From Vicugna vicugna (Eukaryota): a DNA stretch of 64,000 nt. Numbering within the stretch: the first letter of the stretch is position 1; each line of letters begins with the position of its first letter. A model generated the notes under the pieces. It saw nothing but the letters and a program-made list of their open reading frames with translations. It was not told where the DNA came from and made no database searches. Below are positions 1 to 13,387 of the stretch, piece by piece. The stretch is taken from the NCBI GenBank assembly GCA_013265495.1, contig MU057711.1, positions 992,001-1,056,000 on the forward strand. Direction: 5' to 3'. A program made the position numbers and the translations under genes.

Positions 1-1861
1 CCCAGCTCAGGTCTTGGGGAAGATGCAGTCGTGACCATTTGGTAAGAGGCCACCACATGCTGCCGACGGGAGACGTCCTGGGGAGCCCACCCCCTCGACA
101 CTGCAGGAATGGAGCTGGGTTAGCTGGAAACGCAGGCCGCCTTCCTGTTCCAAGAGCAGGGAGGGCTGGAGCAGGGCTCCTGCCAGGCGCGGGAACAGGC
201 TTCGGAAGGGCTTTTCCAAGGGCAGACCGTGCACCCCCCTGTAGGTGCACGGCTCAGGGAAAGAAGGCAGAACACATTCCAGAGGACCCAGCAACCCCTC
301 TTCTCTGACCTCTCCAGCCTCTGAGCCTGCCTTCCTTCTTATCTCTGCCAGGAATGCTCTCCCACCCACAGCCCCACCCTCTCCGCCTGGCTAATGCCAC
401 CTACCCCACCCCACTTCTGTCTTGGGTCCCCTGGCCCAGGAAAGCTGTCAGCCCCCCACAGTCACCCATCCCAGCCGAAAGGTAGTCTTCAGAAGGTACT
501 AGAGACTGACATCAGTGAATGCACGCATGGACAGCCAGCTGTGGTCTCCTGAGTCATTTGGTGGAGAGATGGAGTAAGGACCTCTGGGTTCAAGTCTTGG
601 CTCTGCAGGTCACAGGAAGGCCCTGCCTCAGTTTCCACTTCTGTAGGGTGGGGTAAACATTCTTGTCTACCCCATTGGGCCACTGTAGAGACACAGCCCA
701 GTAGGAAGACGGTGAGCAGCTGTGGCTGGGACTGTGAGAGATGACATGGGAAGACCAAAGGATGGGGTCTGGGTTCAGTTTGGAGGGGGCGGAGGAGAAG
801 GGACGGAGTCAAGGTTCACATCATCAAGTCAGTTTCCACTGGGGGATTCTCAGGCCTGGTGGTCACCATGACAGCGACAGGGGGATGCAGAGCCCCCAAG
901 GGGTGGCTTAGGCTGGGACGATCATTCCCATAAGCCTCGGGGTAGCAGATGGATCCGAGCCTGGGTGCTGGATGTCTGAGGTAGGCAGCACCCTCAGCCA
1001 CCATCAGCTCTGGGGTAGTCCAGGGCCTCTTCCCACCAGCTTTGCTGGTGTCCTCTTAGAGCCAGTCACCCTCCACCGTCTGACTCAGAGCTACCTCCAT
1101 CTGTGTGCAATGCTCAGGCTGGTTTTCAGTGCCCATGTTCGGGGTCTTAGGGAAGAAACCTGGAGGTATCAGAAAGCAGGAAACGCTCTGAGGGAAGAGA
1201 CCCGCATCTCCCAGGGAGGCAGTGGAGAGAACCAACGCTGGAGTAAGACCTGGATTCAAGGTTTGCCTCACATAACGGCTGATGGTTGTGGGAGTCTAAG
1301 CCAGCCGGCCTCAGCATGCTGAAATGGGAGGTCTCCATGTGGCAGACTCTTTCTGTCCTCTGCAGTGTATGCTGACCCTGCTGGGCTCCCAGGCCCTGTC
1401 AGGGCCTTGTTGGGCAGTGACTGGGGTCTGCAGGGCATATGACAGGCAACGAGAAGGCCCTGGTTTGGTGGAAAGAAGCCTGCATGCTCAGTAGGTGCCA
1501 GGCGCTCCCCTCACTCTGTACTTTCAGCAATGTCCCCAGGTGTGATCAGAGCCAGCTTCTGCCAAGAACTGAGGACACACAGCTGGGCGGGGGGTGGAGA
1601 GGAACAACCAAGCCAGCACCAGCCACTTGTTACAGGAGGGAGCTGGAGGGGGCCCCTCTGGCCACCCAGCTCCATGCTCCTCTGCGCGCGGGGTCCCCGC
1701 CTCTGCGGGGTCTGGGATTTGGGAAACACCGAAGGTCAGAAGAGGCCTTGAGGAAGAGCTCTTCCTGGAGCCACGTACGAGACTGAAGGTGGCTGTCAGG
1801 AAAAGGAGGGGCTCACAGAGGCCAGGCCCATTTCTTAAGCTTTGATCTCCATGTCGGTTCT

Positions 1862-2100
1862 CTGGGTTCTCAGTCTGAAGGCACGTGGGATCCCTGGGGA
1901 GTTCTAGAGAGGCTGATCTGCCCAGTTTGGGGCGTGGCCTGGGCACGAGCATGTTTAATTGCTCTGATGTGCATCAGGATTGAAAACCACTAGCTGTGAG
2001 GGGCGCATCATCACTTCCATTTCACAGAGGAGGAGGCAGGCCTCATCTGAGAGGCTAAGTAACTTTCTCGAGGTCACACAGCAAGAAGTGCCAGAATGCG
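1862..2100. mobile_element. MER5A-like MITE followed by a MIR fragment
   Basis: ctgatgtgcatcaggattgaaaaccact, then ccatttcacagaggaggag...aagtaact...aggtcacacagc. Confidence 0.6.
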
Positions 2101-2970
2101 GTCCACACCCTCACTGCCAGGGCTGGGGGAGCATGGGGTGCTTTGGAAAAGGGCTCTTCTGGCTATCTGTCCCTTCTCTCAGCACTGTCCCAGGCACACG
2201 GCAGCTGCTCAAGGACAGCTGGTGGACAGGGGAGAGGGAGGCACCACAGAGGGGCTGGGAAGCAGAAGCATGCAGAGGAAGCGAGGGTTGGAGCTGCAGC
2301 CCTTCTCCCACCACTCACCACTGGGCCTTGGTTTCTGTAGCCTTAAAATGGGACTAAGCACCAGTGCCCTGCCCACCTCAGGCGGCGGGGGTGGGGCTCG
2401 TAAGGGGCTGGCAGGGGGAGACCTGCTGTCGTCAACAGACAATCTGGTCTGGGGGGTCACGTGAACAAAGCAGTGCCTGCAGCTCCCTGAGGCCAGCTGC
2501 AGGAGGCCCACTCCTTCCTGCAGCCTTTTTTGGTGGCTGAAACCTTAGACTGATCCCGGAGCCAGACAGGCGGGCAGACAAGCGCATTCTTTTCAGGGGA
2601 GGCCCCCTTCTCCTCCCTCTGGGAGCCGGGACGGGGGAGGGCAGGGCCTGCCCAGGCCTGACCCCAGACTGGGTTTCAGGCTGTGGGGCCAAGCAGGACT
2701 CCCTGGGGACTTGTGGTGGAGGGGTGGGAACTGAAGCCCCAAAGGCCATAGTCTGCAGCTGAGAGTCCTGTGAGAGGAGGTGGCAGGGAGCTGGTTCCAG
2801 AAGTGCCAGGGCTCCTGGGCTCCAGCTACAGCACTGGCTGTGGGCTCTGATGCCGTTTCTGGGCAAATGCCTGCCTGCCCAGCCTCAGTTTCCCTGATGA
2901 CTGCCAGCAGACTTGGAACCTGAGCTGTAAAAAAGGCTGCTTTCGGTTTTCAAAAACCATCAAAGGTCGT

Positions 2971-2976
2971 TTTATT
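2971..2976 (-). terminator. Candidate most-distal poly(A) signal
   Basis: AATAAA on minus followed by the U/GU-rich sequence TTTGATGGTTTTTG. Confidence 0.35.
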
Positions 2977-4671
2977 GCTCAGCATCCCCCTTCACGAATA
3001 GGACAGCGGTATGACGCACACTCGGGCGCACTCCGGACAGACAGAGCTTCTGCAGTGCTGGTCAGCTTAAAAAATATGTGCTCCCGGCATCCTCCCACAG
3101 GAACAGGGCTGGAGAAGGGCCCCACTGCTCAGGAAGGTGGGAAGTGGGAGGCCGCTTCCTTCCACAGTCTCCTCCTGCCCAGCAGGCTGACAACCTTGAC
3201 CTAGGTCACAAGCCCCCATTCTGTTCACTGGGTGGGTGGGGGGGCAGGGGGGCCATTCTGGCTGCAAGTCACCTTGAGCAGAGTCTGCTTCTTGGGGAGG
3301 TGGAATGGCCTGCTGGCATTCACATCTGGCAATCTGGACATGGGCTTGGAGCAGAGCCAGGCTCTGCATCCCTGGGCCTCACCTCCTACAAGATGGAGAC
3401 CTCCAAGGAGAGGCCTGAGGAGCAGATAAGGCAAAGGCAGGCCTGGTGAGTGCTGCATCAGCCCTGGCATCAGCTTTCCCGCACACCCTGTGGCCAGGCA
3501 GCGGCTCCGCTGGCGACCCTCTGGCTCTGTCATGACACCAGAGGGGCTCTTTGGGGTGCCAAGAGTGTGAAAGGAGCAGTGTCCTCTCTAGGTCATGGCA
3601 GGACCTCCAGCGGCCCTGCCCAGGCTCTGAGGAAGGGCTGGCCCTTGCTCTGGGTGAGTTGGAAGGGACAGGGGAGGGCGTTCACAATCTGGGAGATGAG
3701 ATCTCTGAGCTTTTGGAGACAAGTTCTCTACCTCTGGGATGATCTGTAAGGGTGCGAACAGTTAGCTAAGTGTCTGCAGGGTTGCTGGGCATCACCGTCA
3801 CTGAACAGGCTCTGGGTAGGGCTCTGTTCTAGGCAGACTTATTCCTCAAGGCAGCCCTGGAGCAGGAAGGGTTACCCCCTCGAGGCTTACTGGTGAGGAC
3901 ATGGAGGGGAAGATCTAACTCCAAAGGAGCAGGCCTGGTCTCTGCCCAGCTAGGAAATAGAGCAAACAAATTCTCATCAGGGTATTTTTAAGATATAACC
4001 TTGAGAGGATGGGACACCAGGAAGGAAACAGCCTGCTTGCGGTGGGGGCGGAGCTCCTTGTGGTTACTCAGAAACTACCAGCCTAGCACGGTTTTCTGAC
4101 TTGGGGGACACTTCCACAGCGCTGCTGCACTGGTCTTCGGGATCTTCCTAAAGATTTGACAAGCCTCCCTCATTTAATCTGTCAAGTGTGAGGGCTTGAC
4201 ACTTGATGGAAGGGATGTAAACCTAACTTAAGGAAAAAGTGAAACGTGTCAGGATAATGGGCACCTCGACATGTAAAGGCACATGTGTGTACATTCAGGT
4301 TTCCATGACAATTTCAGCTTTTCTCCCACCATAGACCACCCCTCCCCCACGCCCGGGCAGGAAGCAGCCTCCAACAGATCTGGGTGTGACACTCCCCAGC
4401 ACCCACCACCAGAGGGGGCAATCCCACGAGAGGCTCTGCCTGGCCTAGCTTGGCCAGGTATCTGCCTGGGCCACCTGTGGACAGGAAGTCAGAGCACGCT
4501 GCTTGGCTCTGGCTGGGCCAGGTGCCCCTGCCTGGACCAGATGGCGTTGGAACCTTGAAGAGATGTGAAAATGGAGAGTAGTGGATTCTGGGGAGCAATT
4601 GCTGAGAATCTGGTTTCTGAAGACCTTGCTGGCTGCCAGGTGCCGCCATCAAGAAGGCACTGTCCTCCGGG

Positions 4672-6050
4672 TTCAATTGAGCAGACTTTATTGAGCACCT
4701 ATTAAGTGCAAGGCACTGTGCTAGGTGCCAGAGGAAATACAGAGAGTGAACACAGACAGCCCTGCCCACGAGGAGCTCACAGTCTAGAAAGGGAGGTAAG
4801 ACACAGTACACAATCAGCTGCAGTGACACCAGCCAGAGTGGCAAGCGCCGAAAGCAAGACACAAGTGCTGTGGGATCACAGAACACCGGAGGCTGCTTCC
4901 GGTCGGAAGCTCTGGGCAAGGGTACAGAGGACTCAGGGCTGGACCTTGAAGGGGGAAGCCATTTGGGTGAAAGGGCATTTCTAGCAGAGAAGGGATGCAC
5001 AACACAGGCAGGAGCCCACAGGTAACCGAGGAAATCCTGTGGCTGTAGTGAGTGGGTGGTGGGCTATGCAAAGCAGGCCATCAAGTGCGAGGCGAGAGGT
5101 GAGCAGCTAAGGACACTAAGCTCAGGGAGGCCTGAGCTTGACACTCTGGCCATGAAAGCCACGGCCACTGAACAGGACGGGGTGGGTGTCCGGAAATGTG
5201 CTTTTAAGAAGATAACTCTAGCAGCTGTGGAGTCTGGAAGAGGGATAGGGGAAGCTGAGAGGTGGACTCACTTGTCAGAGGCTGATGCCCACAGGGAGGC
5301 CATAAAAGCATGACTTGGGGGGCAATCGTCAAAAAAGGGCAGGGGTGGATGAGGGGACCTTGTGGCAGGGTAGGTGGGAAAGGACAGCAAGGAACAGATG
5401 CAGGCTGGGGGCCTGGGAGTGAGTCTGAGATGTCCCAGGGCTTCCAGGTAGAGCTAGAAATGCACTTCTAAAGGGCAGGGCTGGAGCTGGGACCAGAAGT
5501 CACTGCAGAGAGGGGACAGCTGGAGTCAGGGAAACGTGGTGATCCCTAGGGGTGAGTTTCTCAAAACGTGGTCCGTGGACCACCTGCATGGAAGCCATGC
5601 AGGGAGCTAGGTGAAGCTGCAGATTTCCAGGCTTTACTCCAGAGCTACCGATAAACATCTCTGGGGTGGTGCCCAGTAACCCGCACTTTTAGGAGGAGCT
5701 GCCCTCCCCACCATGAGTCCTGGAGCTGGTGCGAAGTTTGAGAACCACCCGTCGAACTGGCCTTTGGGTAAAAGAGGGAAAAGGAATGAAAGATGTTCAG
5801 GAGTGAGGGAAATCTCAGAAAATAGGGTAAATGAGGTCAACGATGTCATGCCACGGTGACTGAGTGTGGACACTCAGTCAAGGACTGGGAGAAGGCCTGT
5901 GAATCCGGCAATCAGGTGGTCCCCGATGACTTCTCCTACACTATTACTACGTGGTGGGGTGGAGGCCAAGCCTGCAGACCAGGAAGTGGAGAGTAGGAGA
6001 ATGAGGGAAAGCAGCAACAGAGATGAGCCTTAGGGAATTCACGTTATGTT
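4672..6050 (-). mobile_element. L2 LINE remnant (3' end at ~4672) with a nested MER5-like MITE at ~5553-5750
   Basis: tttattgagcacctattaagtgcaaggcactgtgctagg...ggagctcacagtctag. MER5 ends tttctcaaaacgtggtcc / aagtttgagaaccac. Confidence 0.75.
4687..4692 (-). terminator. Candidate distal poly(A) signal inside an L2 3' end
   Basis: AATAAA on minus within the L2 terminal motif GGTGCTCAATAAA. Confidence 0.35.
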
Positions 6051-8685
6051 AATCTCAAGGATCTGCAATATGTGGGGAGTAACGGAGGTAGATGATGAAG
6101 AAATGGAGTCAGAGTAACTGACCGACAAACTACAGCTAAGAGATGAGAGGAGGTGGGCCCAGGGATGCAGAAAGGGCAGGTGGGGACAGGGAAGTGCCGG
6201 TGGACAGCTGGAAGTGGGGAGGGATTCCCAAAGGCAGGCCAATCTTGGAGGTGTGTGGGAGGTGGGCGGGGCCTGAGGTGAGAGGTGAGAATGGGGCCCC
6301 AGCCAGGCGGTCTGCTAGCTAAGAGCATCACAGGTTTCTGGGGTGGCTCCTACTCCACAGGTGCCACAATAAGCCTAAGAATAAAGCAGGACTATGCCTC
6401 CTCTCACTGATCTCAAAAACTGCCACAGGCCAACGGAGTCCCTGGTGGCATGGCCACGCCTCAGTGGAGCCTGCCAGAACAATGACGACCCGCCCAGGAC
6501 GGCTGAGAGGCCTTCTTACTGTCCTTCCCGCTGGCAGCCTGCAGGGTCTCAAACACAGGCTACCTGACACAGAGGTCAGCCCAGCCTCTCTCCTCCGGAG
6601 GTGGCAGCCTGGGGCCGGGGGGAGCATGCAGGCCCAGGAATCACTCAGCATCACCACCACCTTGCTCTTCAACTCTGGGCCATCTCTCCAAGCACCAGAT
6701 ACCAGTCTACTGAACAAGGATGGCATCCTCTGCCCTGCCATCTACGTCACAGGAATGCTGCTCGACAGCCTGAAGGAGCCACAGGAAGCACTGCTACCGA
6801 CACTCCCAAGGTAGCTTAGAAACCTACCACAGTGGGCAGACCACTGAGAAATACTCCGTAGCCATCAATACTGAGCCTAGTGTTGGGAGGCTAGAGAACA
6901 CATGATGACACTTTTTATAATGGTTTGAAAATTGAGTATTTAAATATTAAATTTAACTAAACTTGACAGATTCCAGAAAAAGCTGTGAATTATGTTTCAT
7001 GATATGACTTCCCAAGTGAGTAATTCATGCGTTTCTAAACTCCTCCCACTTAGTCTTCTGCATTCTTCCTGCACCCGCCTGAGAAAAGGGGCAGGAGAGC
7101 TCTCAGAAACACTACTGAGACCACAGAGGCTTACATAATTCAAAGGTCAAGGGTCAGCTCACTTCCAGAGCCCAGAAACCTCCTGACCTCTAGGCCTAGC
7201 CAGCTCTACCTGGCTTCAGGGGAGACTCAGTCCCCTTCCAGCAAGACCTGTGGCTAAACCCCGGTAATCAAGGCACGCCTCACCTAGGGCCTTCTCTGAA
7301 ACAGAAGTGCTGGATTGGCAAGGCTGCTGGAACAAACCTTGGCCCAAAAGGTCAGGGTCACTGTGAAACAGCCCTAGTCCTCAGACTTGTGCTGTTTTTG
7401 AAAACCATCAGTTCTGAAGCTGAGGCCCAGGAGCTGTGACTGAAGTCACCTCCTGGACTGCCTCAAGTCTTCCCCCTCTACACCCACAGCTGGGTGGGAG
7501 ACTCGGGCAACCTGCCCGGAAGCGACAGCTGACAACTGGTTCTACACTATTAGGACACATCTTAAAGGCATCCAAGAGAAAATATCATTGAAATACAAGT
7601 CTGGCCACCTGGAGGACTCTGGACTCACCCCCGAGGGATGTGGGGGTCACACACGCCTGGAGGGAGCATCATGGGGAGCCACCCAGGCCTGCTCATGGCC
7701 AGCTAAGTCCCTTTACCACGAAAGACAAACCAGCACTGAGTCCTCAGCCGTTGCCTCCAGGGCCAGGAGAGATGTGATCTACAGGGGCAGACAAGAAACT
7801 GACCATGAGCAGCCTGGCAGGGGGAACAGGTATAAAATACAGAGCCCTTTGAAGGTCCAGAGAACAGTAAAAATGTTAGGAATTAATTATCCAGAAAAAG
7901 AATTTCACTGACACAGAATTTGGGCAACACTGAAAACACAATACTAAGATACCAGTTGAGAGAAAGACTCACGGGAAGGGCAGTTTAGGAGGACACTAGA
8001 GACAAACACAGGAAAAATAAACACAGGGCTCTGGGCCCCTACGGAAGCTACTAATGCTATTTATTGGCTTGGGTCATTCTTGAGAATAGAAAACTATTTT
8101 TTTGGCAAAGCTGCACAAATTTCACATGGGGTGTCTCCCACGGTTGGGGACACAAAATTACTACAGCGACGAGGCTTTTCACTGAACTTCCTCACATCCC
8201 ACTATCACCTTCAGAGGCTAAGACGTGACTCGAGAGTCAGTGAGGGACAGTGAGGTCTCAGCCTGGTGTGTGTGGCTGAGCCCTGGACGAGGAATCCGGT
8301 CCCCAGCAGTGGACTTGGGTGAACCCAGACAGGGAGCACTCGGAGCCCTGGTGTGCTCCTCTGCGGGGGGGCGGGGGGTGCTGGGCTGCGTGAGCTCTCA
8401 AGGTTCTTCCAGCCCTGACACTGTGCGGCTAACTTTGCCCTGGTCATTAACAATGGCTGGGCACAAGGTGCCATCTAGTGGCACCACTTGTCCACTCTCA
8501 CAAATGGCTCCAATGAAAGACCCCAGAGGAGCAAAACTAACTCCTTCGGGCTCTAATTCCAGGGGTGAGGGCAGAGGGGGCTGGAAGAGGTGAGCACACT
8601 TCATGTTAGTGGACGTGACACAGTCATCTCAAGAAAATATATTTTAAGAGGTCTTGCTTTCCCTAAGAAAGCAACTCTTTTTTTT

Positions 8686-8691
8686 TTTATT
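8686..8691 (-). terminator. Candidate proximal poly(A) signal AATAAA of N4BP1
   Basis: tttatt on plus, ~370 nt past the stop, at the end of an AU-rich block. It runs into a genomic A-tract, so internal priming is a caveat. Confidence 0.45.
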
Positions 8692-9057
8692 TAGAAAGGC
8701 TAATCATATCCATTTGTCAATATTTTCAGCTTTAAGGAAAATAGTTTAAAAAACATAAAAATGTAAGTACACTCAAGAGTAACTGCTATTAAACAGTTCC
8801 TGAACAGGCAGAAAATGTAGACTTTCCTTTTACAGAAAATGTTAAATCTGTAATAGCAGCATAATTTATATATAGAAAAAAGCTGGTTTTGAAAACCCAG
8901 ATTTTTTTAATACACAAAACATCTGGTTTTTTTCTATATACTACAACAGCATTTCCACCGGGAAATCGGTTTCTTCACATTATGTCACTTCCTGCTGCCA
9001 CGTGCAGATACCAGCTTGAGTGCGTCTTCAGCCCAGAGCCCCGGATCCCGATGGCCC

Positions 9058-9415
9058 TCAGTCTAACACCATGGCAGAGAGCGCGTTCAGGTCTTTCATG
9101 TACGGGTGAGACGCCAAGATCTGGTCGATTTTCAGTCTTTGCTCTGAGTCAGGGAAGATCTTCAGAAGGGCTTCCCTCAGCTCATTGGTTTCTGCAGAAG
9201 ATCTCTGTGCTGGCAGGGGCAGATTCTGCTGGAGGCTGGGAAGGTTTGGCAAAAGTGGGAAGCGGGGTTGCTGAGGAAGCCAGTGGCTGGGTGGGGTGCC
9301 CTGAATCCGGGCTGGAGGCTGGTGGCTGGTGCTGGCTACCTGGGCGCCAGGGACTCTGAAGCTGGGGTCAAACATGCCCACGTTTGGCAGGGCGTTGAGT
9401 AGGGGCTGCATATCT
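9058..9415 (-). CDS. N4BP1: N4BP1 coding exon 7 (Pro-rich linker and CoCUN ubiquitin-binding domain, stop)
   Basis: (R)[15 protein letters not shown]...[11 protein letters not shown]...[11 protein letters not shown]. Acceptor ttcacAG. TGA at 9060-9058. Total CDS 2691 nt. Confidence 0.97.
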
Positions 9416-10456
9416 CTGTGAATGGAAGCAAGTCCTAGTGAGCTGGGTTATAAGATAAACAAGAAATCCATCTAAAAATATCTGCAGCTGACCTTGAGGC
9501 TCCAGGGGCTGCTCCCTGGCTTCTGAAGACAAGATACAGGCGTGCAGCCCAGGCAGGGATGGCAGCCTCCCACAGCGGGGACTGCAGGGATGCCACCGAC
9601 ACCGTCCCCAGACTGGCTGTGACAGGGAAGACAGCTCTTCCTGGGCGACTCCACCTCCCTGCTGCTGTAGGACTGATCCCATCCAGCTGCTTGGCTCTAA
9701 ACCAGGGTGTACCAGAATCACCTAGGAGCTTTCAAAAGATCTGGAAACAGGGCCCTACTCTTCTGCAGATTTGATTCTCTGTGGGGCCCTGGATGATGGG
9801 GCTCAGAAAAAGGAACCCACTTTGGGCAGAGAGGCTGCCTCCCCAATCCCCCAAGTCTGGGTGAGACACTGGTGCCCACAACTTGTGCGCACATGAGTGT
9901 GTATGTACAGGGCATCTGCACCATTACAAAGTCTTGCACCTGACTCTGGCTTGCAGCTGAGAAATGGGGCTGGCTGAACACTATCCCCAACTTCAACAGC
10001 TCATTCCTTCTGTGGGGGAAGCCATTACTATCTTCTTAACCAATTAGGTAACATTTTTGTAAAGAGCCATTAGGTGAGCAGGCAGAACTGACGCTGCTGC
10101 CAGCTGCTGAGGCCATAGAAGGGGCCAGAGAACTCTACTTCCATTAAATCTGACCAGTGGACCTTGATGCTTGCACACACGCCTCATCACGTCTTAAAGC
10201 CTATCAGAGGATTTCCAAGTTAAGACTTCTGGAAGAAAAATGAGATGTGCAGACATCTAGCAGGTGTTAAAAATGACTGCCATTCTCTTGGCGTAGGTAG
10301 AGAAGCAGGACCTTGGGAACCAAGTCCTCATCTGTGCAATAAAACCTGAAGGCTCAAGAGAGAAATGATTCACAAGACTGGGGAGCTGAAATCAGGCTGC
10401 TACCCTGTGCAGAAGACAGCTCTGTCTAACCACTGGCCCTTTCCAATCCAAACCTA

Positions 10457-10514
10457 GAGGCCTTCTAAGGACCCCATTATAAATGGAGGCCTTCTAAGGA
10501 CCCCATTATAAATG
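10457..10514. repeat. Perfect 29-bp tandem duplication
   Basis: GAGGCCTTCTAAGGACCCCATTATAAATG x2 (10457-10485, 10486-10514). Confidence 0.95.
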
Positions 10515-10770
10515 GAAAGGATCAGCTATGTAGTCTCATTGCCTTAAAAAGCTGGGAGACCTGTGCATCTGACTTCCTTTCAGTTTAGATCTCCACAACA
10601 CCCCCCATGCAAATATCTGCTGAGAAATACACAGAAATGTAGCCTATTTCAGTTTTAAAAGAGAACAGGTCTATCACTGGAGTGTATGATCGGCCAGTTA
10701 AGCACTTAGGATGCTTTACTTAATAATGTCCATTTCTTGAGAATTCTGAAAACAGAAACAACCACTAGCA

Positions 10771-10924
10771 GAGGGAGGGTATAGCTTAGTGGTAGAGCGC
10801 GTGCTTAGCATGCACAAGGTCCTGGGTTCAACCCCCAGTACCTCTGTTAAAAAATGAATAAGTAAATAAACCTAATTACCACCCCCTCAAAAGGTCTTTA
10901 AAAAAAAAGGAAAAAAAAAAAAAA
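10771..10924 (+). mobile_element. tRNA-derived SINE (camelid vic-1-like)
   Basis: A box TAGCTTAGTGG, B box GGTTCAACCC, A-rich tail. Diverged TSD agaaacaaccactagca / agaaatgaccagtagca at 10754-10770 and 10925-10941. Confidence 0.9.
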
Positions 10925-11403
10925 AGAAATGACCAGTAGCAACATGTCTTTAAACACAAATAAAAAAAACTCCAAACTACAACAAAGAAAATCTAAACTA
11001 TCAGATCAATTTTGGATAAATGTGGTATACTGGCTTCTCTATTAGTGGTGGTAGAAAGTTGCAGTTTCCCAGATAAAGACTCCTGAAGAGTAAATAAATT
11101 AATACAAGCATAAACTATTCAAAGCAAATGAGTTGGGAACATGAACTTAAAAAAAGAAATTCACATACACATAATGAGCCAAAGCGACATGCACTAGTAA
11201 GTAACTACCAGCAAAATCTGCTTTGTCTTTTTCAGCCTACAGAAAGTTTGGCTCCCCATCTTCTCCTGGGATTAAAACCAAAAGGATTGCAAATGAAGAT
11301 TTGGTCTTTGGGGTGCTTCTACCTCAAAGCTATTCCACATGTATTTCACGAGTACTAAATCTAAGGCTATTTTAAAAAAATAAAATGCCATTTTTAACCT
11401 TTA

Positions 11404-11649
<246 letters not shown>

Positions 11650-13279
11650 TTAAAAGACTGCTTAACGGCCTAAAAAAAACCAAATACACCCTAGCACAGC
11701 AAACCATTTTACTTTCTCTTTTGAATACAAATACAATAAGAAACTTCTGTCTATTGTCTCTCCTGTTTCTTATCAAGGCTTTCAGAGTTTTACGTGGGCC
11801 TGGGAAGCAGCTTCTTCTCCTAATGTAACTTTCAATACAACTTTGAAAGGCAAGACTGAAACACTGGCAGCTTAGGATACAACAGGTGTTCAACAGGTTT
11901 AATTTCTGAATGAGTCCACAGGCAAAGGAAAACAGTATATGAAGAAAGAAAAGCTGAGCTCAGCTGAGCATGATTTTATCAAGTCTACAAAAATGTTTAA
12001 ACAAGAAAGAAGTCCAAGTGTCTGGTCTGTTGTCAGGACTTTGGTTTCTGTCTTATTTTGTGAATTCTGAGAGCAACAGGGGTGTGCAAATGAGTCTTGA
12101 ATGCATTAAACCTTCCATGCGTACATGGAAGAGCGTCCAACAAATACTGACAATGAGCCCAGGGCACAGATCCAAGAGAAACACGTCCTAGAAGATTAAT
12201 GGCTTGTTAACTGTGCCCAGAAGGTCAAAGACCAATTCTCAGTTCAGCTACCAGCAACAGTTTTTTAACAGCAGATGGGTCAAAAGGCACATAGTAGTTA
12301 ACTCTTACCTAGGTATTATTTTCTAAAATGATGAATCAAATAATAATTTTCTAAAATCCTCATAATGATTCAACAAAATATAAACATTAGACAAGGGGCA
12401 ACTGTGAAACCCAAGTATCTAGTTACACTGGCTATATACTAGTTACACTAGATACACACAGCCTCGAGGTACATTTTTTAGATTTGTGGCATTTATGACT
12501 CATCCCTGGCACTACTACCATGAAACTATTACTGCTTTTCATTTCAAGGTAACTTGTCAGGTGACGCTTGTTAACAAAAAAGTCCCAGAAGCCTGTGTTC
12601 ACTGATCTTAATGCAGTTGAACACATTCAGAGTATCATTATAAACAAAAACTTAAACAGTAGTGAATGCAAAACTCTTTTGACTTTACTTTGCTATTTTC
12701 CATGATATTCAACATGTTTGCAATACAGATCACTAAACTTTGATGGTAAAATGCTCAGGAAAAGCATCAGATATTAAAAAGAAGAAACATTTGCCTTTCT
12801 CCCCAAAGTGAAAACTCAATTAGCATATTGATTTTGGTCCTATCCTGTGGCTGGGATCACAGCTGCTATTAAACTCAACCTTCATTATTTCATAGCTGAG
12901 TAAAGCAGGGATGCCTGATGGCTTTTGCTCAAGTATCCCTCAGCATCAGGGCAAGGTCAAGTTAGGCAGCCATTTCTGCTCCACCACATGGTTAACAGAG
13001 AGCTAACTGTGCCACAAAGACGTACCTCTTGCCAGAACACTGATCTACAGCAGACACCTATGGGCACCAGAGCATGCTCACATAGCACCTGCTGGTGTTG
13101 CTGCTTTGTGCTGGGTCCTCCCACTTACCGACAGGGGCCAGCCATCCTGTGGACTGGGAGTACAGTCCTATGATGCTTTGATCTCCTATACTGCTTCCAA
13201 GGTGGACACAAAACAAACAAAACCAAACAATAAACAACAACAAAAAATTTCTGACCAAAGACAGAGAAGAAAATATTAC

Positions 13280-13387
13280 CTTTTTGTAATTATTTCTCTC
13301 CAAGAGGCTGACTCAGTCACAAATTCTCTGAAGTTATCATTTGTTACAATTATGCCACCAGTTTTGTCCGCTAAGTGTAGCAGAAAC
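13280..13387 (-). CDS. N4BP1: N4BP1 coding exon 5 (NYN domain, TNDNF motif)
   Basis: (R)[35 protein letters not shown](R). Acceptor catAG, donor AG|GTAATA. 108 nt. Confidence 0.96.

Noticed and set aside
1..4600. Many 60-145 aa ORFs in the GC-rich downstream region
   Set aside because: Overlapping on both strands with no recognisable protein family. Consistent with chance.
4314..5000. 228-aa minus-strand ORF
   Set aside because: Largely L2-derived with no recognisable domain or supporting exon structure.
10474..10486. CArG box in the duplicated unit
   Set aside because: CC-W9-GG, not CC-W6-GG.
10771..10845. tRNA-Ala-like gene
   Set aside because: It has a SINE body, A-tail and TSDs, and a second copy occurs at 22569. 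It is a SINE, not a tRNA gene.
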